Assembly (NCBI GenBank): GCA_963797275.1
Contig: CAWCOT010000005.1
Coordinates: 3,668-67,667 of the forward strand
DNA: 64,000 nucleotides
Direction of reading: 5' to 3'
Origin: an uncultured Chloroflexia bacterium
Lineage (GTDB): Bacteria > Chloroflexota > Anaerolineae > Anaerolineales > UBA11579
In this document: piece by piece, positions 18,959-28,988 of the stretch
How the letters are laid out: each line of letters begins with the position of its first letter
How positions within the stretch are numbered: position 1 is the stretch's first letter
Notes under the pieces: model-generated
What the model was told of the DNA's origin: nothing
Seen by the model: the letters and a program-made list of their open reading frames with translations, nothing else
The model's database searches: none
Made by a program: the position numbers and the translations under genes

Positions 18959-20302
18959 ATGAAAGCTAAATTATCTTCAATGCTAAATCGAGCTAGGCAG
19001 GACGAGCGCGGCCAGATTTTGATAATTTTTATTCTGGTTTCCGCCATCTTGTTTTTGGTTGGTGTGATTGCGGTTGATCTCGGCACTTACGTCTGGGAGC
19101 GGCAGAAACTGGAGAATGCCGTGGATGCGGCCGCTTTAGCCGGCGGCCTGGAACTGCCTGATAGCGGTTCAAACGCCGTCACGGTGGCTCTCCAGTACAT
19201 GAGCATCAATGACCCAGGCGTGAACCCGGCCGATGTGAGCACCACCTTCCGCTGCCTGGTTGGGGACCGCGACAATAACGGTTCTCCGGATTCCAGCGAC
19301 GTCCCCGCCGTGTGCAACCCTGGGGCCGGGGCAACCTGGGCCTGCTCGGACAAACTGTGCATTAGCCAGTGCGCATTTGTTGGCTCCAATAGCTGCAACG
19401 TGCTGGTCGTGGATGCCTCCAAGCAAGTCTCACTAAACTTCACTCGCATTCTTGGCTTGCCTCCCATTTTGCTCACCGCCAGCCAAAATGGCGCCTGCAG
19501 AGGCTTTTGCGGCACCGCACCTACGGTACCGGTGGATGCCATCATCGTAATTGACCGCTCCAGTTCCATGTCTGCCTCTGAATTGCAGGACGCCAAGGAT
19601 GGCGCTTTGGCTGTGCTCCAAATCTTCGATCCCGACTACCAGCATGTGGGTCTGGCCGTCTTGGGCGCTGGCCGTCCAGGGGATGCTTGCCATGATCAAT
19701 CCCCCTCGTCTGGCGGAAACTGGCTCGTTGTGGGATTGAGCGCCGACTACCAAAACGTCGACGGCAGCTTGAATAACAGCAGTGCCCTGGTTTCGACCAT
19801 CAATTGTCTGGCAAACTCGTCTCAGGGCACCAATCTGGGCAGCCCGCTCTCGGACTCTACCTTTAGCCGGCCGGACGCCTTAAGCGAATTGCTTAACAAT
19901 GGACGCCCGGGCGTTACCAAAGGCATCATCCTACTCACGGATGGCGCCGCAACCGATCCGACTCTGTCTCCCAACAACCCCTGCAAATACGCCAATGACC
20001 GCGCCACCGTGGTGAAAAGCAACGATATTGAGATCTATACCATTGGCTACGGTATTCAAAGCGAAAATTGCAACGATGCCAGTGGCGCCTACCACTCCGC
20101 CCAAGTGACCGCACTCTTGGCGGATATGGCCACCGATTCGGCAGACGACCACGGACACTGCTCGAATGCCACCAACATCGCCGCCGAAAACGCAGATGGC
20201 GACCATTTCCTTTGTCAGGCTAAGGGTTCAGACCTGCAGGGCGTATTCCTCACGGCAGCCGGCGACCTGGCGCCCGGTGTTCGCCTAATTGGCTCGCCCT
20301 GA
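18959..20302 (+). CDS. TadG-like pilin with vWA domain
   Basis: DERGQI, AVDLG, AVDAAALAG; MIDAS DRSSSM, LLTDG, IYTIGYG; many Cys. Confidence 0.85.
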   Translation: MKAKLSSMLNRARQDERGQILIIFILVSAILFLVGVIAVDLGTYVWERQKLENAVDAAALAGGLELPDSGSNAVTVALQYMSINDPGVNPADVSTTFRCLVGDRDNNGSPDSSDVPAVCNPGAGATWACSDKLCISQCAFVGSNSCNVLVVDASKQVSLNFTRILGLPPILLTASQNGACRGFCGTAPTVPVDAIIVIDRSSSMSASELQDAKDGALAVLQIFDPDYQHVGLAVLGAGRPGDACHDQSPSSGGNWLVVGLSADYQNVDGSLNNSSALVSTINCLANSSQGTNLGSPLSDSTFSRPDALSELLNNGRPGVTKGIILLTDGAATDPTLSPNNPCKYANDRATVVKSNDIEIYTIGYGIQSENCNDASGAYHSAQVTALLADMATDSADDHGHCSNATNIAAENADGDHFLCQAKGSDLQGVFLTAAGDLAPGVRLIGSP

Positions 20303-20307
20303 CCATT

Positions 20308-21843
20308 GTGAAGCCAGCCTCCAGTTTCTTCCGTCGTTTGCATCAGCCTTCCCGCGGGCAGGCCATGGTTGAATTCATGCTGGTTTTCCCTATTCTGATC
20401 GCGCTATTCTTCGCCATCCTGGAACTCGGTTTTTACATCATGACCAATCTAACCATCCAGAACGCCGCGCAGGAGGGCGTTCGCCTGGCTTCCACTCTGA
20501 TTGATTTGCAGACCAACGATTCCCGCGTGATCTCTTTTGTGGATGATTTGATTCCCGATAACGGCCCCTTTGCCGGATTCGTGGGTGGCATCACTACCAC
20601 TGGTGTGGACTGCCAGGTCTCAGACCAGATCACGGTAACTGTATCGGGCACATACAATTTCGTGGCCCTCAATTTTCTCGGTTTGAGTGGGATTCATCTG
20701 GATTATCCAGAAAGCACCCACTACGAGCTGTGCGATATCTTCCCGCTAAGCAGTACAGCCGTGCCCACTGCCCCCCCGGGAACACCGGCCACTACCGCGC
20801 CCTACCAATCCCCGACGGTAACCGGAACACCCAGCCGAACACCAACCGTCACCAAGACGCTGACACCTTCGATTTCGCCTACTCCTTCAAGGACAGCCAC
20901 AAGAACCAACACGCCGACCCCTACCTTGACCCTTATTGATTCACCCAACTGGGGCGGCGGCACCTATGTTCCTTCGGGCAGCAGTTGCAACAGTATCAGC
21001 GTGTCTGTGGACAATAATGGCTCGTGGAGCTCCAATCCTGGCTACAACCCCTTTTCATACAGTTTGTATGTCAATGGCTCTTTCTTTTCTTCTCGATCAT
21101 ATAGCTTCTCGGGGACTACCTGGAGTAGCGTCATTAGCCTGAACAATGGACAAACTGTCATCTTCCAGTTTTACGCTAATTTCTCAGGTGGGCTCACCTC
21201 GCAGGATTTGTGGAAATCCTGGAAATGCGTGAATGGCAGTATGGTGGCTCAGGATCCGCCGACGCCTACGCCTACCGCCTCCAGCACGGTTTCGCGCACA
21301 CCTACGTATACCCCTTCATTGACACCCTCGCGCACGCCGACTAAAACGTTCACGCCTATATTCTCGCCCACGAACACACCTTCGCCCACGCGCACGCCGT
21401 CACCAACCTTCACGCCCACGCGCACGCCGACCTTCACGCAAACATCCACTCCATCTCGCACACCAACACCGTCGCGAACGCCTACTCGCACGCCTTCCCC
21501 CACGCCGGCGGCTCCGCCTGCTGCACCTGTCTGGGTGACAGTGGATTACGACCGCCAGGGGTTTAGCGCCTGCAACAATATTGCCATTACTTGGGGTCCT
21601 AATTCTTCGTGGTCCAGCAATCCAGGTTTCGGGCCCAGCAATTACCAGCGTTATCGCAATGGCGGAGGTGCGGGCACTCAGGCGGCAAACTATCCCAATA
21701 ATGTCACCTGGAATACCGGCGACTCGATCAGCGCCGGCACCACGATTACTTACGGGGTCGAAGGGAAATTCACTGGAGGAATTACCTCAGACAGGTTGGA
21801 CGTTTCGCTATATTGCTGGTATGGATTCCTTATCGTCAACTAA
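20308..21843 (+). CDS. TadE-like pilin with Pro/Thr linkers and two repeated beta-rich domains
   Basis: RGQAMVEF, AAQEGVR; long TP tracts; WSSNPG motif twice. Confidence 0.85.
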   Translation: MKPASSFFRRLHQPSRGQAMVEFMLVFPILIALFFAILELGFYIMTNLTIQNAAQEGVRLASTLIDLQTNDSRVISFVDDLIPDNGPFAGFVGGITTTGVDCQVSDQITVTVSGTYNFVALNFLGLSGIHLDYPESTHYELCDIFPLSSTAVPTAPPGTPATTAPYQSPTVTGTPSRTPTVTKTLTPSISPTPSRTATRTNTPTPTLTLIDSPNWGGGTYVPSGSSCNSISVSVDNNGSWSSNPGYNPFSYSLYVNGSFFSSRSYSFSGTTWSSVISLNNGQTVIFQFYANFSGGLTSQDLWKSWKCVNGSMVAQDPPTPTPTASSTVSRTPTYTPSLTPSRTPTKTFTPIFSPTNTPSPTRTPSPTFTPTRTPTFTQTSTPSRTPTPSRTPTRTPSPTPAAPPAAPVWVTVDYDRQGFSACNNIAITWGPNSSWSSNPGFGPSNYQRYRNGGGAGTQAANYPNNVTWNTGDSISAGTTITYGVEGKFTGGITSDRLDVSLYCWYGFLIVN

Positions 21844-21968
21844 ATCTGACCAAGGGCATTCTCGCCAATAATTTTTTACACTTCAGATGCCGTTTATCAC
21901 TACAATGGTAGAGGTTGATTGGCTTGTAATAGCTACCTCACCTATTCTTTGGCCGGAGTGTATTTACT

Positions 21969-22583
21969 ATGGCGATCTCTAAACGGAAAATTCTCTTTCG
22001 TGGCTTATTGTTCCTTTTGCCGCTAAGTGTCTTGGTGGCGGGCGTGCTGCCTGCTTTTGCGTTTCAAGACGAAACGCTTCACAAAGAAGTCCCGCTGGTC
22101 TTGAACAAGAGCTACGACGTTTTCATTGGCAACGGCGGCGTTTACTTGGACAATTCGCAGATGGTTGGCACCCTGGTGCTGAAGTCCGAGTATTTTCCTG
22201 CTAGCCGATGGCAATCCTGGTGGCAGTTTACCCAGCGTATCCTGGATGTGAGCGCCTATGACCAGGCGGGCAAGCCCTATGGAACTGTCTATGGCTTGGT
22301 GCGCGTGTATTTCAACCTGGATAAGACCCAATACGACAAGTGGATCGCCGAGGATAGCAACATGAGTATCTGGTATTTCGAGCAACCCGTCGGCGGATGG
22401 CACAAGTGCGTTACTCATTGGGAGGCGGTGGCCGGGTTGCCCAAGGGTCGCTTGTGGTGCTTGGCGCATCAATACACTCGTTATGGCCTGGCTTATACCC
22501 AGCCCACCCTTTTAATGAAGATGATCAAGGGGGGGACGATCACGGTGACGCCAACCCCGACGCTGAGTCCGACGCCCCCCTAA
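21969..22583 (+). CDS. Secreted hypothetical protein
   Basis: Signal peptide ending AFA; Trp/Tyr-rich core; TP tail. Confidence 0.75.
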   Translation: MAISKRKILFRGLLFLLPLSVLVAGVLPAFAFQDETLHKEVPLVLNKSYDVFIGNGGVYLDNSQMVGTLVLKSEYFPASRWQSWWQFTQRILDVSAYDQAGKPYGTVYGLVRVYFNLDKTQYDKWIAEDSNMSIWYFEQPVGGWHKCVTHWEAVAGLPKGRLWCLAHQYTRYGLAYTQPTLLMKMIKGGTITVTPTPTLSPTPP

Positions 22584-22588
22584 GCCAC

Positions 22589-22622
22589 AAAAAGAGCCGC
22601 CTGCTGGCGGCTCTTTATTTTT
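22589..22622. terminator. Bidirectional intrinsic terminator
   Basis: AAAGAGCCGCC-TGCT-GGCGGCTCTTT between convergent genes. Confidence 0.85.
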
Positions 22623-22638
22623 GCCTAAGGGTTCCAGG

Positions 22639-24618
22639 TTACAGCTTTTCGTAGCGGCTGATGCTGCCCTCAAAAACCTTGAGGCTGTCTGCCCAGAACT
22701 TCTTGTCACGGATATTTATTCCAAAGCGGGCCGAGAGCGTGGCGGCATCCCCTTCGCCGGTGCTAGCTAGTAGGTTGCGATAGTCGCCCACAAAGTCGTT
22801 GCCACGCTGCTGGTAAATGGCGTACAGGCCCGTCCCGAAGAGCAGCCCGAAGGCATACGGATAGTTGTAGAACGAGAAACCGGCTGAATAGTAGTGCGGC
22901 TTCCAGGTCCACATGTATTTGTGCAGGTACTGTGGGTCCAGCCCCTCGCCATAGGTTTGCTTCTGCGCATTCTCCATGATGGTTGACATTTCGTCTGCGG
23001 AGAGTTCCGCCTTTTCACGGCGCTCGAAGACTTCCTTTTCGAATAGGAAGCGGGAGTAAATATCCACCACCACCTGGGATGCGCCCTGAAGTTTTTGCTC
23101 AAGGATGGCAAGCTCCTCGGCTTTACTCTTGGCCAGCTTGAGCGACGCCTCGCTCACAATGGTTTCGCACATGATAGAGGCTGTTTCTGCCAGGGTCATG
23201 GGTGTAATGGCGCGCAGGTAGGCTTTTCCCACCAGGCACTCATTGTGGTAGGCGTGGCCCAGCTCGTGGGCTAGCGTGCTCAATTGATCCAGCGAGCCAT
23301 CGAAGTTAGCCAGGATGCGTGATTCATCTACGCCGGGCACCTCCATACAGAAAGCGCCGCCGCTCTTGCCTTCGCGCATCTCGGCATCGATCCAGTTGTT
23401 GTTAAACGCGCGTTGGGCCAACCCGCGTAGGTGATCGGAAAAGGTACCGAATTGCTCCAGGACGAAGTCGCGCGCCTGCTCGAACGTGTACACCGTATCG
23501 GTCTTGCCCATGGGCGCGAAAATGTCAAACCAGGGCAATTGTTTATGGCCCAGCTTCTTGGCCTTGGAGAGAAAATAGCGTCGCCACATGGGGAAGGAGT
23601 TGCTCATCGCCTCCAGCATGGCGTCCAGGGTCTGCCGGTCGATGCGGGCGGTATCGATGGAGGCGTGCAGGGCGTCTTTGCGGCCGCGGCGCTTGTCCAG
23701 CGTATTCACCTCGCCCTTGATGCCGTTCATCGCCGCAGCGTAAGGCTCCTTGTTCGCTTCCCACGCAACCATTTCGGCTTCATAACCGCGTTTGCGGGTT
23801 TCCGCATCCGGATGGTTGCGCAGATTGATCAACGCCGGCATGGGCATCTTCTGCTTCTTGCCATCCAGCACAAAGTCCACGCTAAGCTGTGAGGTCGTGG
23901 TGTTCTGAAGTTTGGTCCAGGCGTTAGCGCCACTCAGGGTCAGCTCCGCCGCCAGGTCTTCTTCGGCGGGGCTCATCAGGTATTGGCTCTGGTCGTATGC
24001 CTCCCGCAGATAAAAGGCGTGCTCGGCCAGGGTGCCCGGATGGGCCAGCAAGTTGGGCAGGCTGTCGCCCATGCCGCTCATCCAGCCGCGGAAGCCGACG
24101 TCCTGCTTGCGCAGGCGGACACCCTGCATTTCAAGCTCGGATTCGATGCGCCGGGCTTCCTGATTGAATGAATCCGTTGTGGTGTAGGAAGCTACATAGG
24201 CGTTCAAGGTGCTGTACAGGCGCAACACCCGGTTGCGCATATCCAGCAGCTCCATCATTACCAGCGACAGCTCGTCGATATCGGTTTGCACCGGACCAGC
24301 TTCGCTTTTCTCGATGCGATGCGCCTGCATGGTTGCGTCAATCTCGTCTAACTGCATCTTCAGGTCTTGGAATGCGGCGTCAAACTGGTCGCTTTGCAAG
24401 CCGGGATATACATTGGAGAGGTCCCAGCGAGGAACCTTGCCCAAATTCTTCGGCTGGGGTTTGGCCGCCTTAGTGCTCTTCTTTGCCGGCTTGATCGCCG
24501 GACTTTTAGCCTTTATCGGCTTGGGGCTTGCCTTGCTGGTTGATTTTGCCGGCTTGGAAGCCTTCGACTTGGAAGCTGCCTTGCTGGCTCTGGAGGTTTT
24601 CTTGCTTTTAGTGGCCAT
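22639..24618 (-). CDS. pepF: M3B oligoendopeptidase F family peptidase with Lys/Ala/Ser-rich N-terminal tail
   Basis: PRWDLS, GKSGGAFC, LAHELGHAYH, LAETAS, HYY...FYNYPYAFG. Confidence 0.92.
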   Translation of the reverse strand: MATKSKKTSRASKAASKSKASKPAKSTSKASPKPIKAKSPAIKPAKKSTKAAKPQPKNLGKVPRWDLSNVYPGLQSDQFDAAFQDLKMQLDEIDATMQAHRIEKSEAGPVQTDIDELSLVMMELLDMRNRVLRLYSTLNAYVASYTTTDSFNQEARRIESELEMQGVRLRKQDVGFRGWMSGMGDSLPNLLAHPGTLAEHAFYLREAYDQSQYLMSPAEEDLAAELTLSGANAWTKLQNTTTSQLSVDFVLDGKKQKMPMPALINLRNHPDAETRKRGYEAEMVAWEANKEPYAAAMNGIKGEVNTLDKRRGRKDALHASIDTARIDRQTLDAMLEAMSNSFPMWRRYFLSKAKKLGHKQLPWFDIFAPMGKTDTVYTFEQARDFVLEQFGTFSDHLRGLAQRAFNNNWIDAEMREGKSGGAFCMEVPGVDESRILANFDGSLDQLSTLAHELGHAYHNECLVGKAYLRAITPMTLAETASIMCETIVSEASLKLAKSKAEELAILEQKLQGASQVVVDIYSRFLFEKEVFERREKAELSADEMSTIMENAQKQTYGEGLDPQYLHKYMWTWKPHYYSAGFSFYNYPYAFGLLFGTGLYAIYQQRGNDFVGDYRNLLASTGEGDAATLSARFGINIRDKKFWADSLKVFEGSISRYEKL

Positions 24619-24657
24619 ATACCATCCTCGTTTTGAAATATGGGATTGAAGCGCTAC

Positions 24658-24945
24658 TTAGAACTGGGTATCCAGCATGCGCCGGGCGGTGAAAGCAGCC
24701 CAATCGCCATGCCCACCGCCGGCTTGGAATTCTTTGCTGGTGTGCTCCAGGAAGGCATTCAAGACATCCATGGCTGGTTCGTGGCCCAGCAATTGCGAAA
24801 TATGATTATCGATCAAAAATTGGGCGTACCAGGAGGGCCACTGTTCATCAAATTTACCTTCCAGCTCAACAATTTCGAAATCATGATGAGCGGCCTGCGT
24901 GCGGCGCAATAATTCCGCCAGCTTGGCAAGACCTTCCGCGACCAT
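24658..24945 (-). CDS. Hypothetical protein
   Basis: 95-aa ORF in a co-directional run (AHHDFE...DEQWPSWYA). Confidence 0.7.
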   Translation of the reverse strand: MVAEGLAKLAELLRRTQAAHHDFEIVELEGKFDEQWPSWYAQFLIDNHISQLLGHEPAMDVLNAFLEHTSKEFQAGGGHGDWAAFTARRMLDTQF

Positions 24946-24981
24946 GATTGGGTATTGTAACAGAGCGGTTTTGGTAGATGG

Positions 24982-26169
24982 CTAGGAGGGTAGCTGACCC
25001 AGTAAAGCGCCAAAATCGCGCCCGGTGGGGGCCTGGAACACCCTCAGGTCAAATTCGGAGATGATAGCCAGCAGGTGGTCGAATATGCTGGCCTGCATGG
25101 CCTCGTATTCGTTGCTTCCAATGCTGTTGGCAAATACGTAGATCTCAATGGGCAGGCCCTCCGGGGTGGGATCCAGGTGGCGCACCATCAAGGTCATATC
25201 CTGGCGGACATCGGGGCGGCTCTTGAGATAAGCCTCAATGTATGCCATGAACGCACCTAGATTGGTGGGGCGGCGCAGGTTTTCGGGGCCGCTGCTGTCT
25301 GGGTTCCAACTGCGCTGGGCAATATAATCTTTGAGCAGCTCAATATTCTTCAACCGCTGTAAGTCCGCTTCACTGCTAAAGTGGATGGTCTGGATGTCGA
25401 TATAAATCGAGCGTTTGATGCGCCGCCCGCCGGACTGGCTCATACCGCGCCAGTTCTTGAAAGAGACCTCCATAAGCTTATAGGTGGGGATAACCGTGAA
25501 GGTCTTGTCGAAGTTTTGGATTTTGATGCTATTCAGCGAGATATTGAGCACGTCTCCGTCGGCGTTGAAACCGGGCACTTCGATCCAGTCGCCCTCGCGC
25601 ACCAGATCGTTGGCCACGATCTGCACACTGGCCACCAGTGACAGGATGGTGTCGTGGAATATCAGCAGCAAGATGGCCGTGATGGCGCCCAGACCGCTGA
25701 GCAATAAGAATGGGGATTGGCCGGTGATCAGCGAAACAGTCAGAATGACGCCGATGGCGATGAGAAGCAGCTTGCCCAGATCGAGATAACTCTGGATGGA
25801 AACACCGCTATAGGTTGCGCGCCCCTCATAGATCATATTGACTGCGGAGAGCACGGAAATCAAGGAAAGGGCGCCAATCCATACGATTATCAACAGGCTG
25901 CCCGTGCGCAGACTATTCTCGATATCCGGCCACTGGTCGGCGAAAAGATAGACTACCGTGAAGGGCGCTATCCAGGCTAGTCGGTAAGGACGCAAGTACT
26001 TGACCAGGATGTCGTCCCACTGGTTCTGGGTGCGCGTGGTCAGGTAGACCAGGCCGCGGGCTACTACAAAGTAGGCGATCAAAAAGGCCAACAGGGCGCC
26101 AATAGACACAGCGATGGCCATGTTCAGGGGATTGCTTTGCAACCAGGCGAACAAACTGTCTAAATTCAT
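24982..26169 (-). CDS. MscS family mechanosensitive channel (YbdG-like)
   Basis: GDWIEVP...ADGDV, QNFDKT, NWRGMSQSGGRRIKRSI, GLPIEIYVF. Confidence 0.92.
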   Translation of the reverse strand: MNLDSLFAWLQSNPLNMAIAVSIGALLAFLIAYFVVARGLVYLTTRTQNQWDDILVKYLRPYRLAWIAPFTVVYLFADQWPDIENSLRTGSLLIIVWIGALSLISVLSAVNMIYEGRATYSGVSIQSYLDLGKLLLIAIGVILTVSLITGQSPFLLLSGLGAITAILLLIFHDTILSLVASVQIVANDLVREGDWIEVPGFNADGDVLNISLNSIKIQNFDKTFTVIPTYKLMEVSFKNWRGMSQSGGRRIKRSIYIDIQTIHFSSEADLQRLKNIELLKDYIAQRSWNPDSSGPENLRRPTNLGAFMAYIEAYLKSRPDVRQDMTLMVRHLDPTPEGLPIEIYVFANSIGSNEYEAMQASIFDHLLAIISEFDLRVFQAPTGRDFGALLGQLPS

Positions 26170-26801
26170 GGTTTAGTGGTTATCTGCGGTGGCAGACGCC
26201 TCATTTCGAAGATGTCGGAAATACGGGTGTAACTATAACCCGATAAGCGTCCTATAGGATGAAGAGTTTGAATGTCCGTTTTGTAATCCGGCAGCAGGAC
26301 TTCATCCGCCACATGCAAGTGCACAATCTCGCCGATTACGATCCAGCCTGCTCCGGGGCCGCCGTCACCAATGTCGACGATCTGGAGCAACTTACATTCG
26401 AAGTTCACCGGGCTTTCGGCCACCCGCGGCGGCTTGACTTCGGCAGAGGGTATTGGTGTTACACCGCCAAACTCAAATTCATCCACCTCGGGCGGCAATT
26501 CTGTGGCGGTCCTGTTCATGGCTTCCGCGGTGGCCTCGGTGACCAGATTGACCACGAACTCCTGCGTGGCACGGATATTGTTTAGCGTGTCCTTGGGGCT
26601 CCCGTCGGTGCCGCGTACCTCAGGGCAGAAGAGCAGGGTGGGCGGCCGGTAGCAGACCAGATTGAAAAAAGAAAAGGGCGCCAGATTAGGCTGTCCTTGC
26701 TCATTTACTGTGGATACCCAGGCGATGGGGCGCGGCACGACAGTGCCTGTCATTAGGCGGTAGAAATATTTGCCTTCCAGCTCAGCTGGGTTGATATCCA
26801 T
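26166..26801 (-). CDS. Flavin reductase-like FMN-binding protein
   Basis: VVPRPIAWVST, NLAPFSFFN, KDTLNNI, IGRLSG. Confidence 0.9.
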   Translation of the reverse strand: MDINPAELEGKYFYRLMTGTVVPRPIAWVSTVNEQGQPNLAPFSFFNLVCYRPPTLLFCPEVRGTDGSPKDTLNNIRATQEFVVNLVTEATAEAMNRTATELPPEVDEFEFGGVTPIPSAEVKPPRVAESPVNFECKLLQIVDIGDGGPGAGWIVIGEIVHLHVADEVLLPDYKTDIQTLHPIGRLSGYSYTRISDIFEMRRLPPQITTKP

Positions 26802-26843
26802 TGGCTACTTCTCTTTTTGCTAGCTCGGCCAAAACATCTGAAG

Positions 26844-28031
26844 TTACCCCGCAGTGTAGAAGTCGGTTTCGCCTTCGTTGGAGAGCCAACTGGCCTGATA
26901 ATCCGGCTTCTCCAACTCCAGCGCCTCAGTAGTCAGGTTGAGCGGGTAGAAGGTATCCACCATCACCGCCAGCTCGTCTGTGCGCTTCTTACCGATAGAG
27001 GCTTCAGTGGCGCCGGGTTGTGGGCCGTGGGGCAGGCCAAAAGGATGCAAGGTGATATCGCTGCGGTCAATGCCCTTGCGGGACATAAAGTTGCCTTCAG
27101 CGTAGTAAATCACCTCGTCCGACTGTACATTGGAATGGTTGTAGGGCGCCGGAATAGCGTCTGGGTGATAGTCGTACAAGCGCGGAACAAAGGAGCACAG
27201 CACGAAGTTGCGCCCCTCGAAGGTTTGATGGGTGGGCGGCGGCAGGTGCAGGGCACCTGTGCGCGGCTCGAAATCGTGGATGCTAAAGATCCAGGGATAC
27301 AGGAAGCCGTCCCAGCCGACCACATCGTGCGGGTGATGATCCAGGACGTGGCGGCTGATCGTGTCGCGCACTTTGACCCGCACTTCAAATTCACCGCGGT
27401 CGGTGTGTGTGTCCAGCTTATTGGGCACGTGGATATCCCGCTCAGTATAAGGAGCATGCTCGCCCATTTGCCCATATTCGTTGCGATAGCGTTTGGGCGG
27501 CTCGATCTGGGAAGGCGTCTCCACCACAAAAAAGCGCGCTTCCTTGGCGGAGAGCTCCATCTTCCAGGTGGTGCCGAATGGGATTACCACGTAATCGCCT
27601 TGTTTGAATTCCAGCACGCCAAATTGGCTGCGCAGCACGCCGCTGCCCTCATGCACGTACCAGCACTCGTAGGCCTGGGCGTTGCGATAGAAATAGTCCA
27701 TGCTCTGATTGGGGCGGCTGATGCCCAGGGTCACGTCATTGTTGCCCATCAGGATGCGGCGCGCGGCCACGGGGTCGCCGCCTGCCGGCACGTCGGCAGT
27801 CTTGAAGGCGCGATGGCGGATGGCGCCAAAGTCCACATAGGTCGGCAGGCTGGGGCCCAGCAGCTCCACTTTTTTGATGCGCGGCGGGATGAAATGATGA
27901 TAGAGAAGAGATTGGATTCCCGAGAAGCCCTCTAGTCCCATAACTTCTTCGCGGTACAAATCGCCGTTGGGCTTCTTGAATTGCGTGTGGCGTTTCTTGG
28001 GCAGTTCACCGAGTGAGTGGTAGAACGGCAT
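26844..28031 (-). CDS. hmgA: Homogentisate 1,2-dioxygenase
   Basis: HPHDVVGWDG, HLPPPTHQTF, PYNHSNVQSDEV, HGPQPG, ELAVMVDTF. Confidence 0.93.
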   Translation of the reverse strand: MPFYHSLGELPKKRHTQFKKPNGDLYREEVMGLEGFSGIQSLLYHHFIPPRIKKVELLGPSLPTYVDFGAIRHRAFKTADVPAGGDPVAARRILMGNNDVTLGISRPNQSMDYFYRNAQAYECWYVHEGSGVLRSQFGVLEFKQGDYVVIPFGTTWKMELSAKEARFFVVETPSQIEPPKRYRNEYGQMGEHAPYTERDIHVPNKLDTHTDRGEFEVRVKVRDTISRHVLDHHPHDVVGWDGFLYPWIFSIHDFEPRTGALHLPPPTHQTFEGRNFVLCSFVPRLYDYHPDAIPAPYNHSNVQSDEVIYYAEGNFMSRKGIDRSDITLHPFGLPHGPQPGATEASIGKKRTDELAVMVDTFYPLNLTTEALELEKPDYQASWLSNEGETDFYTAG

Positions 28032-28072
28032 TTCGGCTCCTTGTTGGCGATAGTTGCAACACTCAGACGATT

Positions 28073-28982
28073 CTAACTGATGGTATTCTTCAAAATCCCC
28101 ATATTTTCGACCTCTAGCTCCACAACATCCCCTTTTTTGAGCCAGGGACCTTGCCCCTTGGTGAGCTCGAGCAGGCAGCCCGTCCCCACGGTCCCCGACC
28201 CGATCACGTCGCCGGGGTACAGCATGGCATTGTCTGAGGCTCGTGCGATCAATTCTCCGAAAGAGTAGTGAATCTCATTCCAATTGCCGCGCGATTTCTC
28301 TGCCCCATTCACGCGTGCCACCATAGCGGCGTTGTACACCCCTGGACGGCTGGTCGCTTTTTTGGCCAATTCGTCGGGTGTGACGATCCATGGCCCCAGG
28401 CTGGTGGCAAAATCCTTTCCCTTGACCGGGCCTAGCCCGACCTTCATTTCTTTGAGCTGGATGTCGCGCGCCGACCAATCGTTCATGATGGTGAAACCGA
28501 AAACATGTTCAATGGCTTTTTCAGGGGCGATGTCGATCCCCGGAACCCCGATGATGGCAGCCACTTCCAGCTCAAAATCCATGGCTTGCGTGCTGGCTGG
28601 AAAGGAGATGGCTTCCAGCGGCCCGCAAACCGTGTTGGGGTTGGTGAAATAAAAAGCCGGGAATTCGTACCATTCTGAGGGTACATCCCGGCCGCGGTTC
28701 TGATTGGCTGCCTTTACATGGTTTTCAAACGCATAAAAGTCACGCAGGGTGGGGGGACGGCGTAGCGGCGCCTTCAGCGCCACCTGGTCTAACGCCCACA
28801 CGGATTGCGTTTGGCGCGAGAGCATCTCTGCTATCTTCCAGAAATCCGGACCGGCCTCAATCAACGAGAGGATGTCCTGAGGCAGGTCGCCGCGCGCCAG
28901 GGAAACTACGCGGTCGTCGGCGATCAGCGCGCCCGAAACGCGGGCGCGCTTCGCCAGGAGCCATAAAAGTCAGATAGCGCAT
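28073..28982 (-). CDS. Fumarylacetoacetate hydrolase family protein (frameshift near 28935)
   Basis: RDFYAFENHV, DFELE, NDWSARD, KGKDF, GSGTVGTGC. True start MRYLTF at 28982 is in the adjacent frame. Confidence 0.9.
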
Positions 28983-28988
28983 CGAGGC

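Noticed and set aside
21249-21503. DNA tandem repeat in the TP-rich region (also 56520-56660)
   Set aside because: Codon-level degeneracy shows protein Pro/Thr linkers, not a DNA repeat element.
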